Source of the DNA: an uncultured virus (IMG/VR IMGVR_UViG_3300030329_002226)
Lineage: Duplodnaviria; Heunggongvirae; Uroviricota; Caudoviricetes
Direction: 5' to 3' (one strand)
IMG/VR virus record: IMGVR_UViG_3300030329_002226
Location: 47,277-67,276 of that record
Length of the DNA stretch: 20,000 nt
Shown here: positions 1 through 6,918 of the stretch, piece by piece
How positions within the stretch are numbered: the stretch's first letter is position 1
Layout of the letters: every line of letters begins with the position of its first letter
Position numbers and translations under genes: made by a program
Notes under the pieces: model-generated
The model's input: only the letters and a program-made list of their open reading frames with translations
What the model was told of the DNA's origin: nothing
Database searches by the model: none

Positions 1-490
1 CTGTACCATTAGCCATTGTAACTTTTAAATATTTATTGCTACTATTTAATGTTTTATCATCATTATCATCATCTCTTATTATCCATTCACTCATTTCACT
101 ACCAGTCGCTGGTGCGCTGTTAGTTATAGTAACTGCTCCTGTAGCTGCACTAACTGTTATTCCTGTACCAGCTACAACTGATGTTACACCTGTGTTTGTT
201 AATAAAAACTCTCCTGAACCTGTTATAGGATTGGAACCTGAGTTCATTGCAACACTTATTCCTGTTCCTGTTGCAATTCCTACAGAAGTAACTGTACCGG
301 TGGTTGAACTAGTACCAAGGGCTATCCAAGATCCACCTTCACCATACTTTACTTGATTATTTGTTGTGTCATAATAAAGCTGACCATCTGCGGGAGTTCC
401 AGCAGCACCATCATTTAACTGATTTTCTAATACAGGTTGTGTTAGTTGGTTTTTATTAAACGCAACATCATTTAAAAAATTTATTGCCAT
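1..490 (-). CDS. Tail fibre/virion protein, N-terminal part (runs off window start)
   Basis: Hand-translated from ATG at 490: MAINFLNDVAFNKNQL...GQLYYDTTNNQVKYGEGGSW...GTVTSVGIATGTGISV...GVTSVVAGTGITVSAATGAVTIT, open to base 1. G/T/S/V-rich repeats are typical of phage fibres. Not in the ORF track. Confidence 0.75.
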   Translation of the reverse strand, partial: MAINFLNDVAFNKNQLTQPVLENQLNDGAAGTPADGQLYYDTTNNQVKYGEGGSWIALGTSSTTGTVTSVGIATGTGISVAMNSGSNPITGSGEFLLTNTGVTSVVAGTGITVSAATGAVTITNSAPATGSEMSEWIIRDDDNDDKTLNSSNKYLKVTMANGT

Positions 491-497
491 TTCTTGT

Positions 498-1190
498 TTA
501 ATTTAAATAAGCAGTTCCAGCAAATGCGGCTGAAAAGGTTATTGTTAGTTGTGTGTTTGATATATATTTTACTTCGCCAAATATGACGATGTCATTATTG
601 TTTATTACTGTTACAGAAGGATATGGTCCCCATCTACCTTCATGATCTATTGTCCATAACGTGTTAGAAGCATGTGTAAATACTCCTGTTCCTCCATCTG
701 CATCAGATAAAGAAAATTCTGCGATATCATAGTATCTATCATTAGTGACAATTCCGCTTCCTCCTATATAACTTAATCCTAAAGTATATGAGTCCGCAAA
801 ACTTCCTGGACTTGTATACGATGTTATAGTATAGTGACCAAATGTAGAAATTGAATTTTGTTCACTTATTATTATTTGATTACCTACTAAATAATTAACA
901 AATGCCACTACATTTTGGCCGGAGCGATCTTTTATAGCTAAATCTAAAGAAGTTATATTAGCTAAGGGCGTACCATCCGCAACTCCAGTAAATGTTCCAG
1001 TTGTAGGTAATGAAGCTACAAACTTAAATACCATCTGAGCAGATACAGATATCTTACCTTTTGTATTTAAATAATTAGCTACAGCTTCTGCTGTGAAATT
1101 TTTAGTAGACCTATTTGAAGAGTCGGTTCCAATCCACGCGTCTTGATCCTGAACTTCTGAGTCTCTAGGATAGGAATTAATTCTAGGCAT
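498..1190 (-). CDS. Putative virion/tail structural protein (230 aa)
   Basis: Beta-rich, G/S/T-rich. N-terminal motif YP..D...D..IGTD...TKNFT is shared with the adjacent gene. Co-oriented with the tail-fibre gene. Confidence 0.65.
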   Translation of the reverse strand: MPRINSYPRDSEVQDQDAWIGTDSSNRSTKNFTAEAVANYLNTKGKISVSAQMVFKFVASLPTTGTFTGVADGTPLANITSLDLAIKDRSGQNVVAFVNYLVGNQIIISEQNSISTFGHYTITSYTSPGSFADSYTLGLSYIGGSGIVTNDRYYDIAEFSLSDADGGTGVFTHASNTLWTIDHEGRWGPYPSVTVINNNDIVIFGEVKYISNTQLTITFSAAFAGTAYLN

Positions 1191-1202
1191 CTGTTAATTT
1201 AT

Positions 1203-1667
1203 TTATGAATATACTCTTATTTCAAGGGCTCCTGCTGTTATTCTATCATCAGCCCCGTTTGTTTTGAATGTTATAACTGAACTACTCGTTCTAGTCCACA
1301 TTACCATCTGATTTGGTTCTCCATCTCCAGGATTAACAAATACCATGGTTTTTAAATTAGTAAAAGGAGTACCAGAATTAGTAACAGTGTATACTCCAGC
1401 ACCTGTTCTAGCCCATGTCATTGTACCTGTAATAGTATTTTGTAAAACTGTAACGGTAGGAGCTGCTCCAGCTGCTTGACTCATTATACCTGAATATAAA
1501 GTATATCCTAAAGTTCCAGAATTAGTAGCTATATCAGCAATTTGTTTTATTGTGAAGTTCCTAGTCTTATTAGTATCACCTGCTACATTAGGATCTGCTA
1601 GTTCTGTTCCCAAAACTAGGTCACTTGCGGAAGGAGTACCTGTAGGATAAGCGGTTATTTCTGCCAT
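1203..1667 (-). CDS. Putative virion/tail structural protein (154 aa)
   Basis: T/G-rich. N-terminus MAEITAYP...DLVLGTE...TRNFT resembles that of 498..1190. Confidence 0.6.
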   Translation of the reverse strand: MAEITAYPTGTPSASDLVLGTELADPNVAGDTNKTRNFTIKQIADIATNSGTLGYTLYSGIMSQAAGAAPTVTVLQNTITGTMTWARTGAGVYTVTNSGTPFTNLKTMVFVNPGDGEPNQMVMWTRTSSSVITFKTNGADDRITAGALEIRVYS

Positions 1668-1678
1668 TTGTGTTATTT

Positions 1679-1927
1679 TTATTTATTTTTACTTTGAGGT
1701 TTGGTTCCTTTACCATATCCACCTCGGTTTTGTGATGTTTTTACAAATCTTTTCTTAGTATGATCGTAATCTTTGTCTATTAACCAGTTTGTTCCATGTT
1801 TTTTAGCAGCTTTGCGTCTTTTTCGCTGATTTTCTGCTTTTTTACGTCTTCTATCTGGAGTTTTTGCTGCGGCAAGATCTCTTTTAGCCTTAGCTTTTGC
1901 TGCTTTTGGACTTAATTTTTGAGACAT
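1679..1927 (-). CDS. Small highly basic protein (82 aa), possibly HNH-like/DNA-binding
   Basis: K/R-rich N-terminal half. DYDH...NRG is weakly reminiscent of minimal HNH proteins. Confidence 0.5.
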   Translation of the reverse strand: MSQKLSPKAAKAKAKRDLAAAKTPDRRRKKAENQRKRRKAAKKHGTNWLIDKDYDHTKKRFVKTSQNRGGYGKGTKPQSKNK

Positions 1928-1930
1928 GTC

Positions 1931-2266
1931 TTATTTATCTTCTCCCCATTGAGGCATAGGAATTGAACGCTGTTTTTTGTATCTATCCGCATGAGCAGAT
2001 AAAAAGTTTTTTACGTTTTTACTAAAATTCTTAAATTTTTGTACAAAACGGTTTGCAGGAATGTTAACTGCAGGTTGTAAAGGCTTAGGAATATAGTCTG
2101 CCCCTACCAATGTAGAGTCATTTACTGGTCTAGCTTGTGGTCTAGTAGCGTCGTGCTTTGCTCTTTCAGCTGCATTTGCTAATGCTTCTGCTTTTGCATC
2201 TGCATATTTACCGTAAGTCTCCTGATATATTTCCTCATCTGTTTGTTTTGCAGGATGTTTTCTCAT
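1931..2266 (-). CDS. Hypothetical protein (111 aa)
   Basis: ATGA overlap with the upstream gene. N-terminus MRKHPAKQT. Confidence 0.6.
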   Translation of the reverse strand: MRKHPAKQTDEEIYQETYGKYADAKAEALANAAERAKHDATRPQARPVNDSTLVGADYIPKPLQPAVNIPANRFVQKFKNFSKNVKNFLSAHADRYKKQRSIPMPQWGEDK

Positions 2267-2700
2267 TTTTTAATGTTTTTAATAATTGGACCGAAATCTT
2301 TAGAATAGTTTAATATATAATCAATGTTTTCTTTTGAAGGACCCATAGGTTTATTTGGATTAGAATATCTTTTTAAATTATCAAAAGCTTGTTTACTACC
2401 ACCTTTATTCCAACCCTTAGGCATTGAACTAGGATATTTAAGTTTATTTTCTAAATTTAGTCTTCTTTGAATTGTTGCTTTTATACTCTGGTTAATTTTT
2501 GAACCTATATTTCCAAAGTTAACAGTACTTCCTTTCCAGAAATTAGTTGATGGAGTTTTTAACCAACTAACCCCCCTACCTATAGGTAACATAGAAGCTA
2601 TAGTACCTAATGCTCTAGGAATTCCTTTCTTTACTTTATGCCAAGTACCGGCATGATCTAATTGAGTGAGTTTAGTTTGTTTAAGTGGATGTGATTTCAT
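2263..2700 (-). CDS. Hypothetical basic protein (145 aa), first gene of leftward operon
   Basis: A-rich leader, N-terminus MKSHPLKQT, directly downstream of the class-B motif. Confidence 0.6.
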   Translation of the reverse strand: MKSHPLKQTKLTQLDHAGTWHKVKKGIPRALGTIASMLPIGRGVSWLKTPSTNFWKGSTVNFGNIGSKINQSIKATIQRRLNLENKLKYPSSMPKGWNKGGSKQAFDNLKRYSNPNKPMGPSKENIDYILNYSKDFGPIIKNIKK

Positions 2701-2710
2701 CTTTTTTTAC

Positions 2711-2757
2711 TTTAAGTGTCTATATATATCCTTACAGGTTTATCAAGAAATTTACAT
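2711..2757 (-). promoter_or_regulatory. Class-B putative phage promoter (leftward operon)
   Basis: Minus strand ATGTAAATTTcttgATAAACcTGTAAggATAT matches 10718-10749 at 25/32 positions. Confidence 0.6.
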
Positions 2758-3011
2758 AAAATGTGACAAAAGCCATTTATTTATATATATCTAATCCTAG
2801 ATATTATACTTAGTATAATATCATAAGGGTATTACTTATAGAGGGATATGGGGTTACTACCTATTTTTGAGACGAGCTTTGTAAAAGGAAAATCGTTTTG
2901 TTTTTGCCGGGTTGCCCTTGTTTTTAGGATTTTGGCATTAAGGTTTCAGCTTTGATCGTGATTACCGTAGGGGTTTTAGACTTTTTTCTACTACTACTAT
3001 CTCGCGCGACT

Positions 3012-3045
3012 CACGGACTTATATTCTATTCTATTCGATACTATC
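3012..3045 (+). promoter_or_regulatory. Class-A motif copy 1 (variant downstream box)
   Basis: CACGGACTTA-N15-GATACTATC. Confidence 0.6.
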
Positions 3046-3068
3046 TATAATATGTTTGGTGAATACCA

Positions 3069-3102
3069 CACGGACTTATCTAATATTAATATAGATAATA
3101 TA
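3069..3102 (+). promoter_or_regulatory. Class-A putative early promoter copy 2
   Basis: CACGGACTTA-N15-GATAATATA upstream of 3142. Confidence 0.8.
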
Positions 3103-3141
3103 ATTGAGTTTTAAAATAAATATTAATTAAATAATTTAACT

Positions 3142-3405
3142 ATGAAAAAACCACAAATTAAAACCAAAACAAGTACTAATGAACTACAAACTAAAAGGTT
3201 TGTTATTAGAAAATCATTAATAGGTTCAAATACAATTATAGTATTTATGAATCATAAAAATGAAGAATGTCGATACAATCATGACTTAGTATACAATCAA
3301 TTAAAAGATAAATTCGAGTCAATGAATTGTTTCCAGAAGTACAAAAGTTATACTAATTCTAAAAATCTACCTAAATTTGTTAGAGAATTAAAATCAATAG
3401 TATAA
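3142..3405 (+). CDS. Early hypothetical protein (87 aa), paralogue of 4248..4496
   Basis: 51/71 identical residues to 4248..4496 from TKRFVIRKSLIG onward (hand alignment). Flanked by the class-A motif and a terminator. Confidence 0.85.
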   Translation: MKKPQIKTKTSTNELQTKRFVIRKSLIGSNTIIVFMNHKNEECRYNHDLVYNQLKDKFESMNCFQKYKSYTNSKNLPKFVRELKSIV

Positions 3406-3412
3406 TTAGTCC

Positions 3413-3446
3413 AAAAGGAGGTAACTTCGGTTATCTCCTTTTTTTT
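3413..3446 (+). terminator. Rho-independent terminator
   Basis: AAAAGGAGGTAAC-TTCG-GTTATCTCCTTTT followed by a T run; cUUCGg loop. Confidence 0.9.
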
Positions 3447-3465
3447 AACCCTTTGTGGCGACTAT

Positions 3466-3499
3466 CACGGACTTATACTAATTTATTATAGATAATATA
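3466..3499 (+). promoter_or_regulatory. Class-A putative early promoter copy 3
   Basis: CACGGACTTA-N15-GATAATATA, ~20 nt after the terminator. Confidence 0.8.
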
Positions 3500-3542
3500 A
3501 TTGAGAAATTTTAAATATTTATTAACTAAAAAATTTATAACT

Positions 3543-3719
3543 ATGTCTAAATATAAAATTCAAAACTCAACAATAAAAACAACTATCAATTTATTAACTA
3601 ACAAACATATTAATATTAAAACCAATAATAATATTATATATATAATTAAAAACCCTTTTAATATTAATATACCAAAATTATTAACTAATAATTATATACC
3701 ATTTAAATTAATTAAATAA
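3543..3719 (+). CDS. Small N/I/K-rich hypothetical protein (58 aa)
   Basis: ATG in TAACTATG context like its neighbours. The ORF-track TTG start at 3501 abuts the promoter and is less likely. Confidence 0.5.
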   Translation: MSKYKIQNSTIKTTINLLTNKHINIKTNNNIIYIIKNPFNINIPKLLTNNYIPFKLIK

Positions 3720-3737
3720 CCTTTAAAACCAATAACT

Positions 3738-3890
3738 ATGAACTATGAATTCACATTTGAGTTTAAAAACTCAGAACCTTTATATCTTACTCATACGAGT
3801 AATATATTAGATAACGAATTACTTCAATTTATGATAGAAATTGATGTAGACTTTAAAAACATTATTAACTTTAAAACAAATAAACTATGA
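3738..3890 (+). CDS. Small hypothetical protein (50 aa, MNYEFTFEFK...)
   Basis: Hand-translated. TAACTATG start, ATGA overlap with 3887. Confidence 0.6.
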   Translation: MNYEFTFEFKNSEPLYLTHTSNILDNELLQFMIEIDVDFKNIINFKTNKL

Positions 3891-4132
3891 ATTACAATCA
3901 ATTTGAAGAAAAATTACTAGATGAGTTTAGTTACACATTCTTTGACTATGCACCTGGTGATGAAGATGGAGGTTTTGATCCCTTTATTCAGTTTACTATT
4001 AAAACACTGTTTGACTCTGGTGTAACAGACACTGTGAAGATGATGGAAATAATAGAACCGATGCTAATTAAAAGAGATAATCACCTCGGTAAGCTGCTAG
4101 ATGAAGGAATACTACTTGCTCGTCACCAATAG
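3887..4132 (+). CDS. Acidic hypothetical protein (81 aa)
   Basis: ORF track; followed by a terminator. Confidence 0.7.
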   Translation: MNYNQFEEKLLDEFSYTFFDYAPGDEDGGFDPFIQFTIKTLFDSGVTDTVKMMEIIEPMLIKRDNHLGKLLDEGILLARHQ

Positions 4133-4143
4133 TAGTAATAAAG

Positions 4144-4169
4144 AAGGGTTCTTCGGAGCCCTTTTTTTT
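4144..4169 (+). terminator. Rho-independent terminator
   Basis: AAGGGTTC-TTCG-GAGCCCTT followed by a T run. Confidence 0.9.
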
Positions 4170-4188
4170 ATCCTCTTTATATGACTTT

Positions 4189-4222
4189 CACGGACTTATA
4201 TTAATTAATATTAGATAATATA
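4189..4222 (+). promoter_or_regulatory. Class-A putative early promoter copy 4
   Basis: CACGGACTTA-N15-GATAATATA. Confidence 0.8.
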
Positions 4223-4247
4223 TATGAACTTTAAAAATTAATACACT

Positions 4248-4496
4248 ATGAAGACTAAAATTAAATTAAATCAACTAGCAACAAAGAGATTTGTTATTAG
4301 AAAATCATTAATTGGTAAAAACACAGTAATAACTTTTACTAATAAGAAAAATGAGAAATGTACTTATAATCATGACATAGTATATAATCAACTAAAAACT
4401 AAGTTTGATAATATGATGTGTTTTAATAAGTATGGTAATTATACTAACACTAATAACCTTCCAAGGTTTGTTAGAGAATTAGATAAAATAGTATAA
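4248..4496 (+). CDS. Early hypothetical protein (82 aa), paralogue of 3142..3405
   Basis: See 3142..3405. Confidence 0.85.
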   Translation: MKTKIKLNQLATKRFVIRKSLIGKNTVITFTNKKNEKCTYNHDIVYNQLKTKFDNMMCFNKYGNYTNTNNLPRFVRELDKIV

Positions 4497-4502
4497 TTCA
4501 AT

Positions 4503-4553
4503 AGTGACATTAGGGTGTTATTATATAATATTAATACCCTTTTGTCACTTTTT
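4503..4553 (+). terminator. Long hairpin plus T run; also a TGACA inverted-repeat site
   Basis: AGTGACAttAGGGTGTTA...TAATACCCTttTGTCACT followed by TTTT. Confidence 0.65.
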
Positions 4554-4573
4554 ATTCTCCTTGTATTAACTCT

Positions 4574-4607
4574 CACGGACTTATATATAATTTCTATGGA
4601 TAATATA
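4574..4607 (+). promoter_or_regulatory. Class-A putative early promoter copy 5
   Basis: CACGGACTTA-N15-GATAATATA. Confidence 0.8.
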
Positions 4608-4690
4608 TATAAATTAGTTGGATAATGTGAGATAGTGCATTAGAAATACTAATAAATTTAAATAACTAAACAAAATAACACTTTTAAACT

Positions 4691-4834
4691 ATGAACTTAG
4701 AAGAATTAATATCAAACTTATTGATTAAAGAAATAAAAGAGAAGTTTCCATTTAATGAAGAAACTGATTGTAAAAAGAAATATAATGAAATCATACAAGA
4801 TTACTTATATGAAACAATAATAACTAAACTATAA
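4691..4834 (+). CDS. Small hypothetical protein (47 aa, MNLEELISNL...)
   Basis: Hand-translated. AAACTATG start; stops 3 nt before the next ATG. Confidence 0.6.
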   Translation: MNLEELISNLLIKEIKEKFPFNEETDCKKKYNEIIQDYLYETIITKL

Positions 4835-4837
4835 ATT

Positions 4838-5053
4838 ATGACTAGAGAAGATAAACTTCATGAAGAATTCCATGAAGAAGCGAGAGAATTAATGGAAAAA
4901 CTTATTGATAAATACAATCTTGATAAGTATACTAGTGAAAGAAAAAGAAATAATCCATTTCCAATGTCACTAGATGAATTCTTATATGAATATGTATCTA
5001 TTTTTAATAAAAGAGAAATAGATGAAATTAATAACTTAATAAACAAATTTTAA
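4838..5053 (+). CDS. Hypothetical protein (71 aa)
   Basis: ORF track; tight operon packing. Confidence 0.7.
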   Translation: MTREDKLHEEFHEEARELMEKLIDKYNLDKYTSERKRNNPFPMSLDEFLYEYVSIFNKREIDEINNLINKF

Positions 5054-5058
5054 ATCTA

Positions 5059-5283
5059 ATGAGTGTAACTAAAGAAATAGATAGGATTTCAAGTGAAATC
5101 GCAAAGGAATTAGAACCGAAGTTATTTGAAATGATATCTTGGGGATTAGATAAAGACTTCATCATTAAGAAAAATGGTGAAAAAATGAATTTAAGTGATG
5201 TAGAAGGTGATGAGTTTATAGAACTTATTACTTACATTGCTAATAAATCAATAGAAAAATTAACTAAAAGTATAAATAAATAG
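5059..5283 (+). CDS. Hypothetical protein (74 aa)
   Basis: ORF track; tight operon packing. Confidence 0.7.
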   Translation: MSVTKEIDRISSEIAKELEPKLFEMISWGLDKDFIIKKNGEKMNLSDVEGDEFIELITYIANKSIEKLTKSINK

Positions 5284-5357
5284 TGAAAGACGTAAGACGA
5301 GGTGCACTTATTAAAGTAGTGGTAACACGGCGCGGGTTGATTAGCTAAAACAACTAA

Positions 5358-5391
5358 CACGGACTTATAAACAAAAACTTTAGATAATATT
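5358..5391 (+). promoter_or_regulatory. Class-A putative early promoter copy 6
   Basis: CACGGACTTA-N15-GATAATATT; the next ATG follows after only 3 nt. Confidence 0.75.
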
Positions 5392-5394
5392 AAT

Positions 5395-5625
5395 ATGGAA
5401 AATTTATATGAACAATTATTACCTGATGTTAAGTTTGAACTTAAGAAAAATAAAGGTAAATATAAAAATGCAGTGAAGCAAGTGATTGCTAAACTACACG
5501 TCTATCATAACTACTCACAGATGAGTATGGATGATATTAAAACTTTAATAACTTTTTCTGATACTAACTGTTACGAGTGGACAGCGAGTGATTGGAAATA
5601 TGGAGAAAAACTATTTAAACAATGA
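5395..5625 (+). CDS. Hypothetical protein (76 aa)
   Basis: ORF track. Confidence 0.7.
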   Translation: MENLYEQLLPDVKFELKKNKGKYKNAVKQVIAKLHVYHNYSQMSMDDIKTLITFSDTNCYEWTASDWKYGEKLFKQ

Positions 5626-5774
5626 AGCATAAAGTATTTATTAAAATAACAGATATACTAATAAAATCATTAGTGGCAAGTCTTGCCGCTCTATTTGTAG
5701 CTGGTTGGTTATTTTTGGTATTTGGTTTTATATCAGGTGTCATTGAACCACCTTCATTTGGTATATATAAATAG
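5622..5774 (+). CDS. Small single-pass membrane protein (50 aa)
   Basis: Hand-translated MKHKVFIKITDILIKSLVASLAALFVAGWLFLVFGFISGVIEPPSFGIYK; ATGA overlap with the previous gene. Confidence 0.65.
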   Translation: MKHKVFIKITDILIKSLVASLAALFVAGWLFLVFGFISGVIEPPSFGIYK

Positions 5775-6014
5775 TATTAGACGAGTAGCTTAATAGGATT
5801 ATTGGAAGTTAGCGCGTAAATCTGCAAGACAGTAGCTCACTAACTCATATATAATCACGTAAGTGAATTGCTAATACTAAACCGGAAGCGCACCGCTATC
5901 TGACGAGATTGACCAGGGAATCCCATGGTAATATCTCCGGACGATATGAGCGACTCGAGGTTGGTAGGTTGTGGTTGAACCAGTAAACGTTTTCACGAGC
6001 TGGTTACTACAACC
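5772..6014 (+). ncRNA. Putative structured ncRNA(s), three stem-loop domains
   Basis: Raised GC and no long ORF. Pairings TAGTATTAG/CTAATACTA, AGTTAG/CTAACT, GAGAT/ATCTC, GGTTGTGGT/ACTACAACC, AACCAG/CTGGTT, plus a TCAC-GTAA-GTGA hairpin. Confidence 0.55.
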
Positions 6015-6017
6015 GAT

Positions 6018-6132
6018 AACTAGGTTTGGATATTGGAGAAGGCATAAGACTCGGCGGGAGTATTCCTCAGAGCGCTGATTATCCCAATAACTACTGACGA
6101 GTAAAGAGGTTCGATTCCTCTTCTAGTTACTA
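6018..6132 (+). ncRNA. tRNA-like element with expanded interior
   Basis: Acceptor-like stem AACTAGG/TCTAGTT, T-arm AGAGG-TTCGATT-CCTCT, then A-CTA. The 80-nt interior has no canonical D/anticodon arms. Confidence 0.55.
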
Positions 6133-6143
6133 AATTATAAATT

Positions 6144-6533
6144 ATGAATTGGAAACAAGAACAAGAAGTATTGGAAAATGCTTTTGCAAGAAGATTACTA
6201 ATTGAATATGGTATTCAAGAAGTAACTACGCAAAGACAAGCTAAGAATGGTACAAGAGAATTTGAATTTCCTGTATCTGCTCACAAGCAATGGAATAGGA
6301 AAGATAGACTTAGATTAGCTTGTTTTAAAACAGGATATGTAAGAAATCAAAATTCTTGCGCATCTCCTTATCAACTAAATCCTCAATATAAAAGAACAAA
6401 GAAATGGGTTTTCTTAACTAAAGATGGATTAAAAACTAAAGAATACATAACAATTTCGCGAGCAAAGATCTATTCAGGTATGGCTCGATTAGTTTTTATG
6501 TTAGAATTTTATAAAAGAAATTATAAGATATGA
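6144..6533 (+). CDS. Hypothetical protein (129 aa)
   Basis: ORF track; AAATTATG start. Confidence 0.75.
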   Translation: MNWKQEQEVLENAFARRLLIEYGIQEVTTQRQAKNGTREFEFPVSAHKQWNRKDRLRLACFKTGYVRNQNSCASPYQLNPQYKRTKKWVFLTKDGLKTKEYITISRAKIYSGMARLVFMLEFYKRNYKI

Positions 6534-6664
6534 ATAAATGTAAGTTTTGTAATAGTACAGCTTTGGTATATCACTATTATATTTGTGATTCTAAATGTGA
6601 AGAGTGTGGAGATTGGCAAGAAGGAGAAGAGTTTAACTTACACGGACTTAATAACAAACACTAA
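6530..6664 (+). CDS. Small zinc-ribbon protein (44 aa)
   Basis: Hand-translated MNKCKFCNSTALVYHYYICDSKCEECGDWQ... with two CxxC; ATGA overlap. Confidence 0.6.
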   Translation: MNKCKFCNSTALVYHYYICDSKCEECGDWQEGEEFNLHGLNNKH

Positions 6665-6674
6665 CGATAATATA
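6641..6674 (+). promoter_or_regulatory. Class-A putative early promoter copy 7
   Basis: CACGGACTTA-N15-GATAATATA; ATG at 6678. Confidence 0.75.
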
Positions 6675-6677
6675 ATT

Positions 6678-6917
6678 ATGCAAAAAATAAAATTTACATC
6701 TAAAACAACACTTAGAATAACTAATAAACATGGTTATTCTATTAAATACAAAGGTTATAACGTAGGAGAATTACCTAATTCTTTTGGTTTTAAATACAAG
6801 TTTAATGGATATGATGATGATGGATATGAAACTTTTAAAGAAGGTAAAGATAAATGGTTTAATTATAAAGGTCTAACTTGGGTAATAGATAAAGACCATT
6901 GGAGTAAATCTTTATAA
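6678..6917 (+). CDS. Hypothetical protein (79 aa, MQKIKFTSK...)
   Basis: Start reassigned from GTG 6585 to ATG 6678, downstream of the class-A motif. Confidence 0.65.
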   Translation: MQKIKFTSKTTLRITNKHGYSIKYKGYNVGELPNSFGFKYKFNGYDDDGYETFKEGKDKWFNYKGLTWVIDKDHWSKSL

Positions 6918-6918
6918 T

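Noticed and set aside
36..356. + strand 106-aa ORF
   Set aside because: Antisense shadow of the minus-strand tail-fibre gene (490..1).
3051..3058. Bacteroidota -7 promoter element TATGTTTG
   Set aside because: No TTTG -33 element at the expected distance; a single match is likely by chance.
5900..6100. CTGACGA (5900, 6094) as hammerhead ribozyme cores
   Set aside because: No correctly placed GAAA after a stem II, and no stem I/III could be built.
6018..6132. tmRNA
   Set aside because: No G3.U70 alanine determinant, too short, and no tag ORF.
6105..6133. preQ1-I riboswitch (AGAGGTTC...CCTCT)
   Set aside because: The 7-nt loop is a canonical T-loop, there is no A-rich tail, and the 3' flank pairs as an acceptor stem.
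3012..6674. CACGGACTTA repeats as a CRISPR array or integron attC sites
   Set aside because: Spacing is irregular (57-1283 nt), the units contain genes, the repeat is non-palindromic and bipartite, and no cas or integrase gene is present.
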